A stretch of DNA of 63,298 nt, filler included, from Folioceros fuciformis (GCA_049999805.1; 17 parts of 17 records of this genome joined end to end with filler, not necessarily neighbours in it), one strand, 5' to 3'; positions 1 through 12,466 are shown, numbered from the whole stretch's first letter. Program-made: numbers and translations. The notes: generated by a model from the letters alone, not told the origin.

Positions 1-706
1 GCTGCAAATGGATGTAGGAGCTGAGCTGGAAAATGTGACTATGTATCGATAGATGGTCGGAAGTTTGATCTACTTGACTATCACATGTCCTAACTTAAGT
101 TATGCAGTGGGACTGATTAGTCAATTCATGCAGAACCCAAGGAAACCGCACTTGGATGCAGTTAGAAGAATCATGAGATATGTGAAAAGAACTAATGAGT
201 TTGGATTGCTCTATGAGCATAGGAAGCATCTTGAACTGACAGGATATACAGATGCTGATTGGGCTGGTTGTGCGTATGACAGAAGATCAACCAGTGGCTA
301 TGCATTCAGTCTGGGAAGTAGTATGATCAGCTGGCAAAGCAAGAAACAACCGACAGTTGCTTTGGCAAGGACAGAAGCAGAGTATCGAGGAGCTGCAATG
401 GCAGCCTGTGAAGCAGCTTGGTTGCAAAAGTTGCTACATGATCTTGGAAATATAGTGAAAAGCAAGGTTACAATCTACTGTGACAACATGAGTAGCATGA
501 GGTTGGCTACTAATCCTGTGTTTCATGCTCGTTTGAAGCACATAGAAGTACATTATCACTTCATCAGGGAAGCGGTATTATCTGAGAATATAGATCTTCG
601 GCACGTGAAGACCGAAGACCAGGTAGCAGATAGCTTTACTAAGTCGCTAGGTAGAGATAAGTTCTTACACTTTCGTGAACTACTTGGAGTGTTACAAATA
701 GTTTGA
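1..706 (+). mobile_element. Ty1/Copia pol 3' end (RT C-terminus and RNase H)
   Basis: YRxMVGSLIYLT, YTDADWAG..DRRSTSGY, ISWQSKKQ, CDN, KHIEVHYHFIRE and QVADSFTK motifs; stop is followed by a PPT. Confidence 0.97.
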
Positions 707-708
707 GC

Positions 709-980
709 TTGAGGGGGAGTGTTAGAAATCAAGCTCTAAATAAATTGTTATTAAGAGCATACAACACTTAGGATAGTGTAGATTATCCTATATTGAACTC
801 GTAGTTATCTATCACCTAAGTGTTATCAGGATATATCAGGATATACTAGGATATTGCACCCTCGAGACTAAGGCTTACCTTATCAAGGGTTGCCCCGCCT
901 GAAGGTCATATATGTAGCATCCTGTGCACCATAAGAAAGGAACTGTGGAGTCCTTCTAGGCCTGTGGTGCTATTTCAACA
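709..980 (+). mobile_element. Polypurine tract and 3' LTR (720-980) of the Copia element
   Basis: TTGAGGGGGAG then TGTTAG...TCAACA; a near-identical LTR lies at 25799-26049. Confidence 0.93.
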
Positions 981-1934
981 TCGTCCCCTACTACCGGAAC
1001 CCACCTGAGTATTGTTGGAGGTCCGCGCCATAGTTGATAGAAGAAAACCCCAAGAATGTCGGTTGCCCTCCTTTACGCAAGGTGATACCCCTACCTCCGT
1101 AGGCACCATAAGTAAGGAACTGTGGAGTCCTTCTAGGCCTGTGGTGCTATTTCAACATGTACCCCTTGTTGCGTGCTCTTCCTAGCCCATAGCAGCTCCT
1201 CAGGTTCCCATTGCGAGCTCTCCAGGTCCATACTGCTGTCCTCTTGAAAGTCTGTTGGTAGAGGCATTGTCTCTAGGGCCTCACGGTCGTCATCATGTGG
1301 CCCAAGATACCTTCGCCTTGCCAATGCTGCCAGTTCCTTGTGATGAGCGAGTAGACGTTGGAGTAGGTGGAGGTTGCGATTCTGTTGAGCTAGATCTATG
1401 GTATCCATGTCAACAACCCAATCCCCACTCTCGCATATACTCTTGTAGATATCTCGTTCAGCCTCCATCGCCCCTACCTCCGTAGGGAACTGCTCCCAGC
1501 TTCTGTGCAGCTAATTTCACGTCCTTTGCACGTTTCTCCCTATGGCTCTCACCACAGCAAAGCCCTTTCTCTCTCTTTGAGTCCGCTTGGTCACAACAAG
1601 TAGGTCCCCGGCGTAGGTGTCTTGTCGCACAACTACTTCCTTATTCCCCACTATGTAGGTAGATGTAATTCCCTACGTGGAGGTGAGCACCCTTCGTTGA
1701 TGGGACACCTTAGGAAGGGACCCCTTTAAATACCCTCTTGTCGTAGGTATACTTCTATATGTAGTAACTGCCCTTAACAGATACCCTACATAGGTGTCCC
1801 CTTTTCTGTAGGTAGCTTGCCCTTCACAATTATATTTCTTATTTGGGTACTACCTCCCACAGAGATATCCTCCCTACGTGGGCATACCTCCCTATAAGTA
1901 GGTACCTCCCTCTTGTTGGTCCTCCAACAAGAGT

Positions 1935-2153
1935 GGACAGGTCGAGAGAAAGACACATCCTTTACAATCAAGAGCTAGGGGCAAGCCCCTACACCCTGGT
2001 CATTACACCTTGTGATCCTACCAGACACTATACAACCGGCAACACGCTGCCCGCGATCCTACCAGACACTGTACAGCCGGCAACACGCTACGTGCAATCC
2101 TGCCAAACACTGTACAGCCGGCAACACACGGCTTGCGATCCTACCAGACGTTG
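1935..2153. repeat. Dispersed repeat containing a ~41-bp tandem array (GCGATCCTACCAGACACTGTACAGCCGGCAACACG...); second copy at ~7008-7207
   Basis: Direct near-identity to 7008-7207; 3-4 imperfect tandem units. Confidence 0.9.
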
Positions 2154-2253
2154 NNNNNNNNNNNNNNNNNNNNNNNNNNNNNNNNNNNNNNNNNNNNTTA
2201 ATTAATTAANNNNNNNNNNNNNNNNNNNNNNNNNNNNNNNNNNNNNNNNNNNN
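2154..2253. other. Artificial contig spacer, first of 16 (others start at 4737, 6894, 10316, 12367, 20364, 24839, 26409, 28919, 33112, 36156, 42480, 46589, 50226, 52187, 61927)
   Basis: Identical 100-nt N-TTAATTAATTAA-N blocks with stop codons in all frames. Confidence 0.99.
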
Positions 2254-2905
2254 GGTGAGCGTAGGCAACAAGATCGGCCACGTCCACAGTCCCCGACCCT
2301 AGCCCGTCCAGCCCTGTCCGTCGCCTCTTCTGCGGGGCCCGGTGCTCCTGGTGCCGCTCCAGCCCTGCCTCCAGAACCTGGTGCGCGGTCCTAAGCCCCC
2401 TAGCCAAGGTCCGCATGGATCCGGAGTGGGCGGCCAGGCCGTTCGCCACCCTCTGCTGCTCCGCCTCTATCTGCTGGAGCTGCTGCAGCTCCCCCACGGC
2501 CGAGAGGAGCAGGGCCTGGTGCGCCTCCATCACCGCCAGCACCTCCCGCGTCGTCCCAGCCGCCAGACCCTGCGGCGGAATCGTGGCGCCGGGCAAGAAC
2601 TGCACTCCCGCCTTGTTGTGCCCTCCCGCCCAGATCTTGTTCCCTGCCAGCTCCGTGAGGCGAAAGGCGAGGCCTGCCATCTCCCGCAACAGCTGCTGCG
2701 CCCGCTGGAAGGCAGGCAGGGTGGAGAGGGCAAGGGTAGGGATGAGAGACTCGACAGGTGTGCCTCCAGCCGGGACTTCTCCCTGTTGCGCCTGCGGTTG
2801 CAGCATCACCTCGTTGCCCGAGGACCCGCTCCATCCAGGCACCGGCTTGTCGGCTCCCAAACCTGCCACACCATTCGCATCCTCCGAATTCAGCCCGGCT
2901 GCCAT
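2254..2905 (-). CDS. MED4: Mediator subunit 4 (3' end truncated by gap)
   Basis: LPAFQRAQQLLREMAGLAFRL...AVGELQQL...DLVAYAH matches plant MED4 (RAQALLQQMA...AVTELQE...DILAYAH). Confidence 0.88.
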
Positions 2906-3269
2906 GTCGTGCACCCTAACACTGCAAGGAAAACCAGAGCTGCCATTGCTGAGCTCAACCTACCTTCCTCAAATTGATAATTGCCATGGCGCCTCCACTG
3001 CGCAGACAGAATCGCCGCGGAAGCCATCGGTCTGCGGCAGGTAGGACTAGGTGGCCAGCAAATATAGGCAAGCCACCTGCCGACAAATGAAACCGGCACA
3101 TGGTGTTCTAATTCCTGAATCCCTAGGAAGAATTCTATACCCCTTAATAAATTTCATCATCTTATGAAGAAAATGTAGTTTTTTTATCAGTTAATCTAAA
3201 AAGTAGTTTTTTATCAGTTAATCTAAAACGTAGTTTTTTTATCAGTTAATATAAACAGTAGCTCCACAC

Positions 3270-3970
3270 TTGCCTCACCTAAAAGCTTGACGCAAGAGAA
3301 GAAGGGTGTCATTGCACCCACCTCTCTGACCTGGGCGTGCCTTCTGCAGGCATTCGCAAGTGTGTGTGCTCCAGCTTTGGGGAAGGGGGAACAGCTTGCT
3401 TCATTCAGAGATCTGACAACAGAGACTTGACGGTGATGTTTGTTGTTGGTGACAACCTGGGATACGTGTATGCTTAGCGTGGAAGCCTGAAGGATGGATG
3501 CTGAAGGCATGTTTGATGGACTCCGTCAAGAAAATGTGGTGTCATGGCCATACCTTTTGGCAACTGTGGGCACCCCAGCTTTGGAAAAAAGGGAAGCAGC
3601 TTCATGCACAGATTGGCGAACAAGGTGTTCAGGATGAGGTCTCCAGGCTGAACTCTTCATAGCCAAGTGTGGCAGCTTACAGGTTGGATTCTCCTGGTGT
3701 CTTTTGATGGGCTTGGTAGAGAGTAAGTGGTAAAGTCAGGTGCCTGACTCTGTGACATTTGCGTGCCTTCTCCAGGTATGCGCAAATGTGGGCACCCTGC
3801 CTCTGGAGGAGCATGCAAAGCTGATCCAGCTCCTCCCCACGATGAAGAAAGAGGGCTGTAGGCACGGTGATCCTGGCTCTGGAGAAGCATGCCCAGCAGA
3901 TCCAGCTCCTCCCCGAAATGCTGAAGACACATTCACAGCTGATCCTGCTCCTCCCCAGAATGAGGACTAG
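3270..3970 (+). pseudogene. Degenerate PLS-class PPR fragment
   Basis: PDSVTFACLLQVCANVGTL and broken S/P motifs resembling the 55795-60114 PPR; many frameshifts and stops. Confidence 0.8.
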
Positions 3971-4531
3971 GTGACGGAAACAAAAACAACACTCTCCCAA
4001 AGGCAGGTTGGCTTCAATCAATTTATCTCCTGATGTCTTGCATCAGTAAACCCCACTCCCTAATCACATCCAAGATCTGAGACCGATATTGATGTGTGCC
4101 TAACAAACGCAATCGCTGCAAAGCTAAGCTTCAAAGCAACCCCCTTCATCGACTTGGGTAGTATGTTACTCAAGTGCTATCAAACATGCAAAATATGGAA
4201 GCTTGGATCGTGGAGTGCATGGGATGAAAGTTAGGTGTGCGACCAATGAAAGGCAGTGCGGCCGCTCAGAAATCGGGGCGTTAACTAGGAATAAAAGGTA
4301 CCTCGGGACTACAAGACGACACCTATAAGTGGATGCTACGCGATCGAACGCGGCAGCCATGAAGTCATTGTTAACTGGCGAGAATCATTTCCCAAGGGCT
4401 TCAGCACGCAACACGAGGGAAAGCACTCAACGCCACGCTCGGTTGCACGATCGGATCATACGCTATCATGCCTCGCCTGGGGTGCAGCCGCAGCATCGTG
4501 TTGCGGCCGCTTCTGTTGTTCCGTGTCCGCC

Positions 4532-4736
4532 ATGGCCGCCGGAGCGGGAGCTGGAAAGCCCGCGGCGAGGAGGAACGCGCTGGCCCTGCCCCTGGCGGGG
4601 CCGTGCAAGCTGGTGGCCTCGGCCATCTTCTTCCTGCTCCTCACGCTCTTCGCGCTCGAGAACATGTACGCGTGGTGCGACGCGAGCGCGGGTGTGGCCG
4701 CTGCGGAGCAGGCGCAGCAGCTCGCAGCCAGCCAGG
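4532..4736 (+). CDS. 5' end of a probable type II membrane protein (unidentified, truncated by gap)
   Basis: GC3-rich ORF; short basic N-tail followed by hydrophobic VASAIFFLLLTLFAL. Confidence 0.5.
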
Positions 4737-4836
4737 NNNNNNNNNNNNNNNNNNNNNNNNNNNNNNNNNNNNNNNNNNNNTTAATTAATTAANNNNNNNN
4801 NNNNNNNNNNNNNNNNNNNNNNNNNNNNNNNNNNNN

Positions 4837-5645
4837 CGTTGACACCGGAAGCATTGAGTAGGGCGGGCATTGGGTACAAAAGGTGTCACCCGCAGCATGT
4901 GCCCCTGCAAAGCAAGGCCGTGCCGAAGAATTGGAGATGCAGAATCATCGTCGGGAAGGGATACCAAAACTGAAGAATGTCACTTGGTAGAAAGATCCCG
5001 GAGGAGCCACCGAGGCTCATCCTCGAAGGTGATGTAATTGTCTTCGAGAACTTCTTCCTTGAATTCCTCCATTGATAAGCTGACAGGGACATCATGAACC
5101 AGAATTTGGTGACGAATACGTGGAGTTGAGACGTTGGAGAAGAATGAAAAAGCCATTGGGCCCCAAACAGGAGCTGTCGCAATAACTGTATCACACACGG
5201 CCTTCGACTCCACAATGATACAAAGCGACGTGCGAAACTTTTGAACTGCTTGAATTTTAACTGGCCCAGCATTTGCTGCCAGGAGAGCCCCATTAATTTT
5301 ACCCTTCAAGTCCGCATGTGATAAATCCTAGGGATAGTCCCCGTCCTTAAATCTGACAAACAGTCGCTCCTCCATAGTTGGGATCGGCCTTGGAGGGGGA
5401 GGACTGCCATCGTGAGAGTGGACCGCAGCAGCATGAGAGGAAGGGCGAGAAACCTTGAACTCAGGTTTGACTTCATTAGAAGAGGACCGAATAACTTGTT
5501 TGAGTTCTTCATTAACTGTAAGCACCTGTTGTTGGATAGCTTCCAAAAGATTGGCCTCCCCTGTTAGTGACTCCACTGCATTCTCCAAGGCCAGCTTCGC
5601 CTCATTTTTCTTGCCTTTAGCAAGAGGATTAGGGTCTGCAGCCAA
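4837..5645 (-). mobile_element. LINE ORF1 (gag-like), Tad1-like, decayed
   Basis: Three listed ORFs share one frame broken by two stops; coiled coil, ERLFVRF, LVHDVP, PRWL, SSVLV, and QCFRCQ (start of a CCHC knuckle). Confidence 0.8.
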
Positions 5646-5842
5646 AATTCATGTAACCTTTTGAATGAGGATAATAGCCTCCAAGTGTCTAGAATTAGGA
5701 GCCATGATGAACGGCTAACCTTGGCATACGCCAAGGCCTGCACCCTAAGAGGAGACCCTTGACCTGCCTGCACCCTAAGAGGAACCTGGAGAGGAGAGGA
5801 GAGGAGAGGTTCCTTACCCATTCTCTTTGACATGTAGGAACA

Positions 5843-6846
5843 ATGCCGCCCAAGCCGCCACGCAAGCATGCTACCCTAACAAAGCAACAAAAGAAAGAGG
5901 TTTGTGAATATTATGTCCAACACTCTTGCACACTTAACAAGTTGACTAGATGGACAACATAGAAGTTTTCATAGCAGCTTCTAAAAGTGCATTATCTAGG
6001 ATTGTGAATGACAAAGACAAATGGTTGGACCCTGCTATTGGTCCAACAACTAATATGATAGGAATGAGGGATAGACCAGTTGTATGCCCACAAGTTGACA
6101 ATGCAGTACACATTTGGGCTCTTACAATCCAAGCTCAAGGTGCTACAATTTCAGATAACTTGCTTCGTGAGTGCATCAAGTTGTATCATGACTATCGTGA
6201 CTATCAAGCAGTGGTTATGTTGGTAAAAGCTTGGACTTCATTTGTGAGTCCTCATACCATGCGCAATTGTTGGAGGCATAGCATTTGGGATGCGGAATTG
6301 CGTGCACAAGATGCTCGGTTCTATGAGTCTTTGGATCTAAACAGCGCACCATATGATCCAGAGGATCCATTGTCGAATCCTCAAAATCACTCTAATTCGT
6401 TGGAAACGCAGGTAGAAGAGCTATAATAGTCCATGCGAAGTTTAGCATTATTAATATCTGAGGATTTTACAGGAATTGCTGATGTTGGATATCCAACGAT
6501 GATAGCTAAAGAGTATCTGAACTTTGAGTTGGACGAAGGATTGGAGACTATGTATATTCCTAGAGAGGACGAAATATGGGAAGCATTAATCCCTCCGCCT
6601 GTCAATGAGGAGGGCGAGGAGAATGATACAACGTCAGTGGAGACCATAGCACCAAGACCGTGTACGACAAAGGATGCTGTAGATAATGCTATGAGGATAG
6701 CGAAGATGTTTTTGGAAGAGATGCCACATAACACTCTTGATGCTTTGAAGTTGCATTCTTAGTTGGAAAAACATATTGCTAGTCATTGGATGAAAGCAAA
6801 TCAGCATCAATCAAGGATTGATGATTATTTTAACCCAACAAACTAA
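5843..6846 (+). mobile_element. pogo/Tigger-like transposase, internally deleted pseudogene
   Basis: CENP-B-type HTHs (RKHATLTKQQKKEVCEY; VDNAVHIW...ISDNLLRE), DDE_1 tail (AWTSFVSPHTMRNCWRH), C-terminal QSRIDDYF; catalytic core missing. Confidence 0.8.
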
Positions 6847-7215
6847 AATTAGGTTGGCAGCTATGTAGTATGAGGGAGCATTTTGGATTTTTTNNNNNNN
6901 NNNNNNNNNNNNNNNNNNNNNNNNNNNNNNNNNNNNNTTAATTAATTAANNNNNNNNNNNNNNNNNNNNNNNNNNNNNNNNNNNNNNNNNNNNAAGCAAG
7001 GAACAAGTGTGGACAGGTTGAGAGAAAGACACACCCTTTACAATCAAGAGCTAGGGGCAAGCCCCTACACCCTGGTCATTACACCTTGTGATCCTACCAG
7101 ACACTATACAACCGGCAACACGCTGCCCGCGATCCTACCAGACACTGTACAGCTGGCAACACGCTGCCTGCGATCCTACCAGACACTGTACAGCCGGCAA
7201 CACACTGCAAGTCCT

Positions 7216-7450
7216 ATTATTATATTATTATATTATTATATGATTATATGATTATATTATTATATGATTATATTATTATATGATTATATGATTATATTAT
7301 TATATTATTATATTATTATATGATTATATAATTATATGATTATATGATTATATGATTATATGATTATATTATTATATGATTATATTATATTAATATATTA
7401 TTATATTATTATATTATTATATTATTATATTATTATATTATTATATTATT
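7216..7450. repeat. AT-rich microsatellite-like tract (TATAT/ATTAT/ATGATT units)
   Basis: Seen directly. Confidence 0.95.
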
Positions 7451-7707
7451 AAACTAATCACCCAACCCTATGGCCTGGTACAGAACCTAAACCTTCCCAG
7501 GTCTGGGACCAAACCTATACCCACTCTTATAACCAAACCAACTATTTTCTGGTCAATTAACCTAATTAACACAAAGAAAAATAGGAAAAATGATCAGAAA
7601 ATCAAGGAAATTAGGGAAAATAAGTTGAAAAAGAAAACCAAACCATACCACTATTAAACCTTTTTCAACCAAAACAAACTCCTACCCCAAACTTTGGAGG
7701 TTCACAT
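7447..7707 (-). repeat. ~260-bp repeat, inverted partner of 9938-10199; probable LTR 5' terminus (TGTGAACCTCC...)
   Basis: Reverse-complement match; both copies end sharply at TGTGAACC. Confidence 0.9.
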
Positions 7708-8115
7708 GTGGTCTCACGGCTAGAAGGGGAATTACAAGCCCTTGTCAACTGCCTGGTTAACTATCCAGTTTCTGGTGATTGCATTTCTTATGCATGGGTG
7801 GATATGCTAGTTGCTAATGGTAACCACTTCTCTTTTGGAGTTAGATCTTGTGTTCTGGCTACTAAAGGCATGGTTAACTTAGTAACTCCAGACAATGAAG
7901 CCATCAGAGGCGAAATAGCTCTGTTAACAGGGTGTTCCCACACAAGAGAGTGTCCTATAGCTCTGTTGTCCCACTCAACATAGTGTCCCCGCCTGGCCAC
8001 CGTAGATCATCGGGTGCCTCAATTTAGTGCCTTAGTTGTCCTCTTCGGGTCCTTTTGTCGTTGTCCTTCAACATATTTTAGGGTTCAGGGCAACCCAGGA
8101 AGGTGATGGATGTTA

Positions 8116-9930
8116 GGGCCAGTTTCCCGGAGCCCAACCTTGGGCCAGTTTTGACCAAACGACACGAACTTGACAGACCGGGCGGTTTGTCGTTTTGCTA
8201 TGTGCACTCGGTTGATAGACGGGTTTATATTTAGAAACGAGAAGGATTTTATCGACTCCAGATGACCGCCATCGTGGCACGTACATACAAATATATGTAC
8301 CATACAATTTAAATCCGTATTCTCTACGTATGTGTATTCATCTTCTTCTTGCACTATCCGTGCCCGTGCGATATTGCTCTATTCATCTTTGTGCCCGTGC
8401 TTGTGTTGATGTGTGTCTTTTGCCATCATGGCTAGATTTCTCAAGGTGATGGACTTGGAGGTTGCACTTGCTATTATGACAATGAGTGCTGGACTATGGG
8501 ATGCCCTCAACATAGTTGGGCAGGGATTGGCTCTTTGTCAAAGTCAGTTGGATTCTCTTTCTCAGAATGAGGTTCTTGACCTCCACGACCAAGCAAACAC
8601 TATGGTGGAGCACATCTTGCTTATAACAGAATCCATCAATGGTCTTCTACTTTCTATGCTTGCTCTAGTAGAATGGACCCCAAAACGTTTGGTAGGCCTA
8701 CAACAAAGCTCCTGGTACATTGAACCACGAGCACCAGATTGTTGGAACATCTACGATCGGTTGTTATTCTCGATGATCATAGTCATTTTAAAAACTTCAC
8801 CAGGTTTTTGCCTGCTACGTTTCAATATGTTTATGGTCTTGTCCACAATGACCTTCAGTCCACAATTGTGCCAGGATTTTCGGAGATCACTGGACAATTT
8901 TACCAGTCCGCAAGCAAGTGGCAATTGCTATCCGTAGATTGGCATCAGGGGATTCTTATAAGAGCCTTGGAGAACAATTCACTGTGGGAACTACCACAAC
9001 CTTCAACTGTTGTCGTCCCTTCATATGTGCTCTATTAAAATTTGGTGAACATCATCTTACTTGGCCAAATGTGGCCCAATAGGAAGCGATCAAGAGTCGA
9101 TTCCGGGATCAGCATGGTTTCCCCAATTGTTTGGGAGTCATAGATGCCACTCATTTCAGTATTGAGCAGCCCATGGGCCAACAGAAATTCACTTGGTATG
9201 GCCACAAAGGTCTCTCTATGGCTATGCAGGCCATTGTTGGCCTAGATAAACGGTTTCTTGATGTGGTTACAAGGTGGCCGGGCAAGGCTAATGATACTAG
9301 AACCTTGGTGAATTCAGGGTTCTATGAAGTCATACCATTGTCATAAGTAACTCATTGACGTAAGTCATACCATTGTGCTTGCCTCAACATGCTCTACAAG
9401 ACTACATGCTGGCATTGGTTTCTAGACAGTCTGACACGAAGTCATACATCAACTTTAATCACTTGCAGAATGGAGTATTTGTTGCTGTTGGAGTATTGCT
9501 TGCCCAAGCATTCGAAGTCCATCATCAATACCTACAAGAGCACTAATATATCCATTTCCCAACTCCCTTGATATGTCCAGCTTTCATTTCTCTATGTCCT
9601 GGAATAACGCCAACTTTGTTCTCTCAAACTCTAATGTCTCCATATACCTGGCAAGTTTCTCTCATTCGGCCTCTGCCATACTTGCAAGTAGTAGGCTGTT
9701 GTTTGTCTCCAATTGTGTAAGAAAACCTTGCGTGCCAGAGCTCGAACGTGCTTTCTTTCGCCTCATTCCTGGAGATCTTGAAGGGGAGCTAGCCTCTTGG
9801 GAAGTTGAAGAGGATGGACACTCTCTAGCTCTTCGTTCTCAAGTAGGAGTGTCTAGACTTGATGTCTACAGCCTGCTCATTTTCAACAGCTGTTGCAAAT
9901 CATTGGTCAACAAACTTTTCTCAAGGTAAG
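8116..9930 (+). mobile_element. PIF/Harbinger element remnant: transposase (+, ~8413-9346) and convergent second ORF (-, ~9450-9930)
   Basis: KQVAIAIRRLASGDS, GFPNCLGVIDATH, MQAIVGLDKRFLDVVTRWPGKAND (HARBI1/ALP1-like DDE); TTA followed by GGGCCAGTTT terminus at 8113-8125. Confidence 0.88.
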
Positions 9931-9937
9931 TACAAAG

Positions 9938-10315
9938 ATGTGAACCTCCAAAGTTTGGGGTAGTAGTTTGTTTTGGTTGAAAAAGAGTTAATAGTGGTAT
10001 GGTTTGGTTTTCTTTTTCAACTTATTTTCCCTATTTTTTCTTGATTTTTTGGTCATTTTTCCTATTTTTCTTTGTGCTAATTAGGTTAATTGACCAGAAA
10101 ATAGTTGGTTTGGTTATAAGAGTGGGTATAGGTTTGGTCCCAGACCTGGGAAGGTTTAGGTTTGGTACCAGGCCATATTCTTGGGTGATTAGTTTAATAT
10201 TAATTAAAGATATATAATACTAAATAATTAAATAATAATAAAATAATAAAATAATGGTTTGAACATAGGAACGGGTATCTGGGTATGTCAATGTCAGGGG
10301 TCAGGGTCTGACGAT
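9938..10315 (+). repeat. Probable LTR start (TGTGAACC...); distal part also matches ~18350-18455
   Basis: Inverted match to 7447-7707; shared GGTTTGAACATA...GGGTCTGA segment. Confidence 0.8.
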
Positions 10316-10544
10316 NNNNNNNNNNNNNNNNNNNNNNNNNNNNNNNNNNNNNNNNNNNNTTAATTAATTAANNNNNNNNNNNNNNNNNNNNNNNNNNNNN
10401 NNNNNNNNNNNNNNNAGCAAGGAACCCCATCGCTCCTTCGTGGGAACGAAACCCAATGTCTCAACGACAGTGGGATAAGTGTGGCCACTAAAGGTGGGAC
10501 CCGTTGGCAATCAGTGCCCGGGGTTTTGCCTCCACAAGAGGATA

Positions 10545-11150
10545 GAGTTAGATTCTACCTCTCCTCGTCCATCCTGGCATACAGGATTTTCCCCCAATCC
10601 ACCTTGCTCCCCTTGACAACCTCGTGCACAAACAGGAGCATCTGATCAAACAGATAATCCTACTTGCGAACTTGCAAGAAACTCAAGAACCATCTGGCCA
10701 GACCCATCAGTTGGGGTTTGGCCATATCACGGACCAGCCACCCATTGGCTTCCTTCTTGGTACCTGGTTTGAGCAGCACCTCGGCGACCGCTGTGCCGCC
10801 ACGTTTCTTCAGGGACTCCAGCACCAGTCCTCCCTCCTCCTACTGATCGCGGCCATACACCCGCCTCACCAGCTCCAGGTTCCATTCTTGGGGCCTGCCA
10901 TGGATTCCCTCTTCTTGGACGGGCTCTCTCATCTTCAGGCGCACTCCCTGATCAGTTGCGGCGCTGCATGGTTCCACCTCTGGGTCATGAGCCCGAGGCC
11001 TAATTCTCCGACCAGCCCTCCGGCTCTGACCCTCCAGTGGTCCATGTTGGGCCACAGGAGCACATTGATCTTCGGTACAGGAGGTTCTCCATCCTCCTGC
11101 TCAGGCACCATTACTCCTGGCAACAACTTTGGGCGTGACCTCAACTTTGG
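10545..11150 (-). mobile_element. Retroelement accessory ORF fragment (paralog of 42976-43938)
   Basis: LLWPNMDH...RWNHAAPQLIRECA and DQMLLFVHEVVKG shared with the copy in 42580-46588. Confidence 0.75.
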
Positions 11151-11489
11151 CCTGATCTCTCCCCGTGCTCCGAACACCGCCGCACTCCTGCACCTGTGGT
11201 CGCTCGGCGTTCTCCGCCCCCTCTGCTCCTGACCGTCGTCGCGCTCCGCGGCTACTCTCGCTCCCGCTCCCCTTGTGGACGCTCCTACCTCGATTACTGC
11301 CCAGTTTCCTCCTGACTCTCTCTAGCAACCCTCACCCCGGAGCCGAGTAGGCCTGTCAGGTAGATCAGGGTCACGGTAGTTGAGGAGGCGACGGAGGTAG
11401 TCGAGTCGCGATAAGGTCAAGGTAGTTGAATAGGCGCTCGCAGAAGAAGTATCGCACACGTGCTACAGTACACAAGCGAAACGATACCT

Positions 11490-11760
11490 GACCATAGATT
11501 CTGCATGTACATCCTTTATGGTAAAGGATAAGGAGCTCCTTCATGACTACAGGAGGGAGAAGACAAGGGTGCCCCTAAGGAACGATAGCAAGATAGGCGT
11601 CGAGGGTGTGGGGGAGTACAGGCTCATATTGCTCAACGCCGAGGTCAAGCCAATGGAAGGAGGGCTGTTTGTACCGCACTTACGTAGAAATCTCATGTCC
11701 GTGGCACCATTGACCAATGCAGGTTTGTAGGTCCTTTTTACGAAGAAGGAAGTTTTGTTT
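11490..11760 (+). mobile_element. Copia protease-region fragment
   Basis: IDSACTSFM...VEGVG...LFVPHLRRNLMSV. Confidence 0.75.
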
Positions 11761-12466
11761 TTGTTTCTGAAGTGTCGTGCTTCAAGAGGTCTTGCTCCCC
11801 AACATTTGAACTTAACCCTAAACATCTTTGAACACCCATATATATTATATATATGTAGCATGCATTCATATGTATATGGGGTGACTAGCCCCTATTTGAT
11901 ATACGCGTATATTCTTGTCAACAGTGCACATGGATGCCTCACCTTGAGTGCTTCCTCTCCGTCGTGCACACCAAGGCTACTGGTCATCCTGCCACTCTTT
12001 GGTGGTTTACTACACACGAGATCGACAAAAGGAATGGCTATCTTCTAAACCTTCTCCCTCGATGTGAGTTCAGTGATCACACTCATAATTCTTGGATGCC
12101 TCCCCTGGGATGTGTAGAGGAAAAAAAGATTCACAAACCCCTTTTTGAGTGACAGATTTGGTGGATTTTTTTTATTTTTTTTTGTGGAAGTGCGAGTGAA
12201 ATAGCTTAGCTTGTGAATAAGACAAGGATATTTATACCCAATGTCTCCTTGGACCATGGTACTTTGGGCGAATCAGTGGCTAGACCAAGTGTCTGGGGTG
12301 GCTGGACGTTCTTGGCCTTTGGCGGAGAGGGGGGGGTACCAGGAGGTCTATATATGCACCCCCCCCNNNNNNNNNNNNNNNNNNNNNNNNNNNNNNNNNN
12401 NNNNNNNNNNTTAATTAATTAANNNNNNNNNNNNNNNNNNNNNNNNNNNNNNNNNNNNNNNNNNNN

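Noticed and set aside
2010-2153. 41-bp repeats as a CRISPR array
   Set aside because: Units abut with no unique spacers, there are no cas genes, and the array is part of a dispersed TE repeat
2198-2209. Recurring TTAATTAATTAA palindrome, and ORFs ending in 'LIN'
   Set aside because: Artificial linker inside N spacers, not biological
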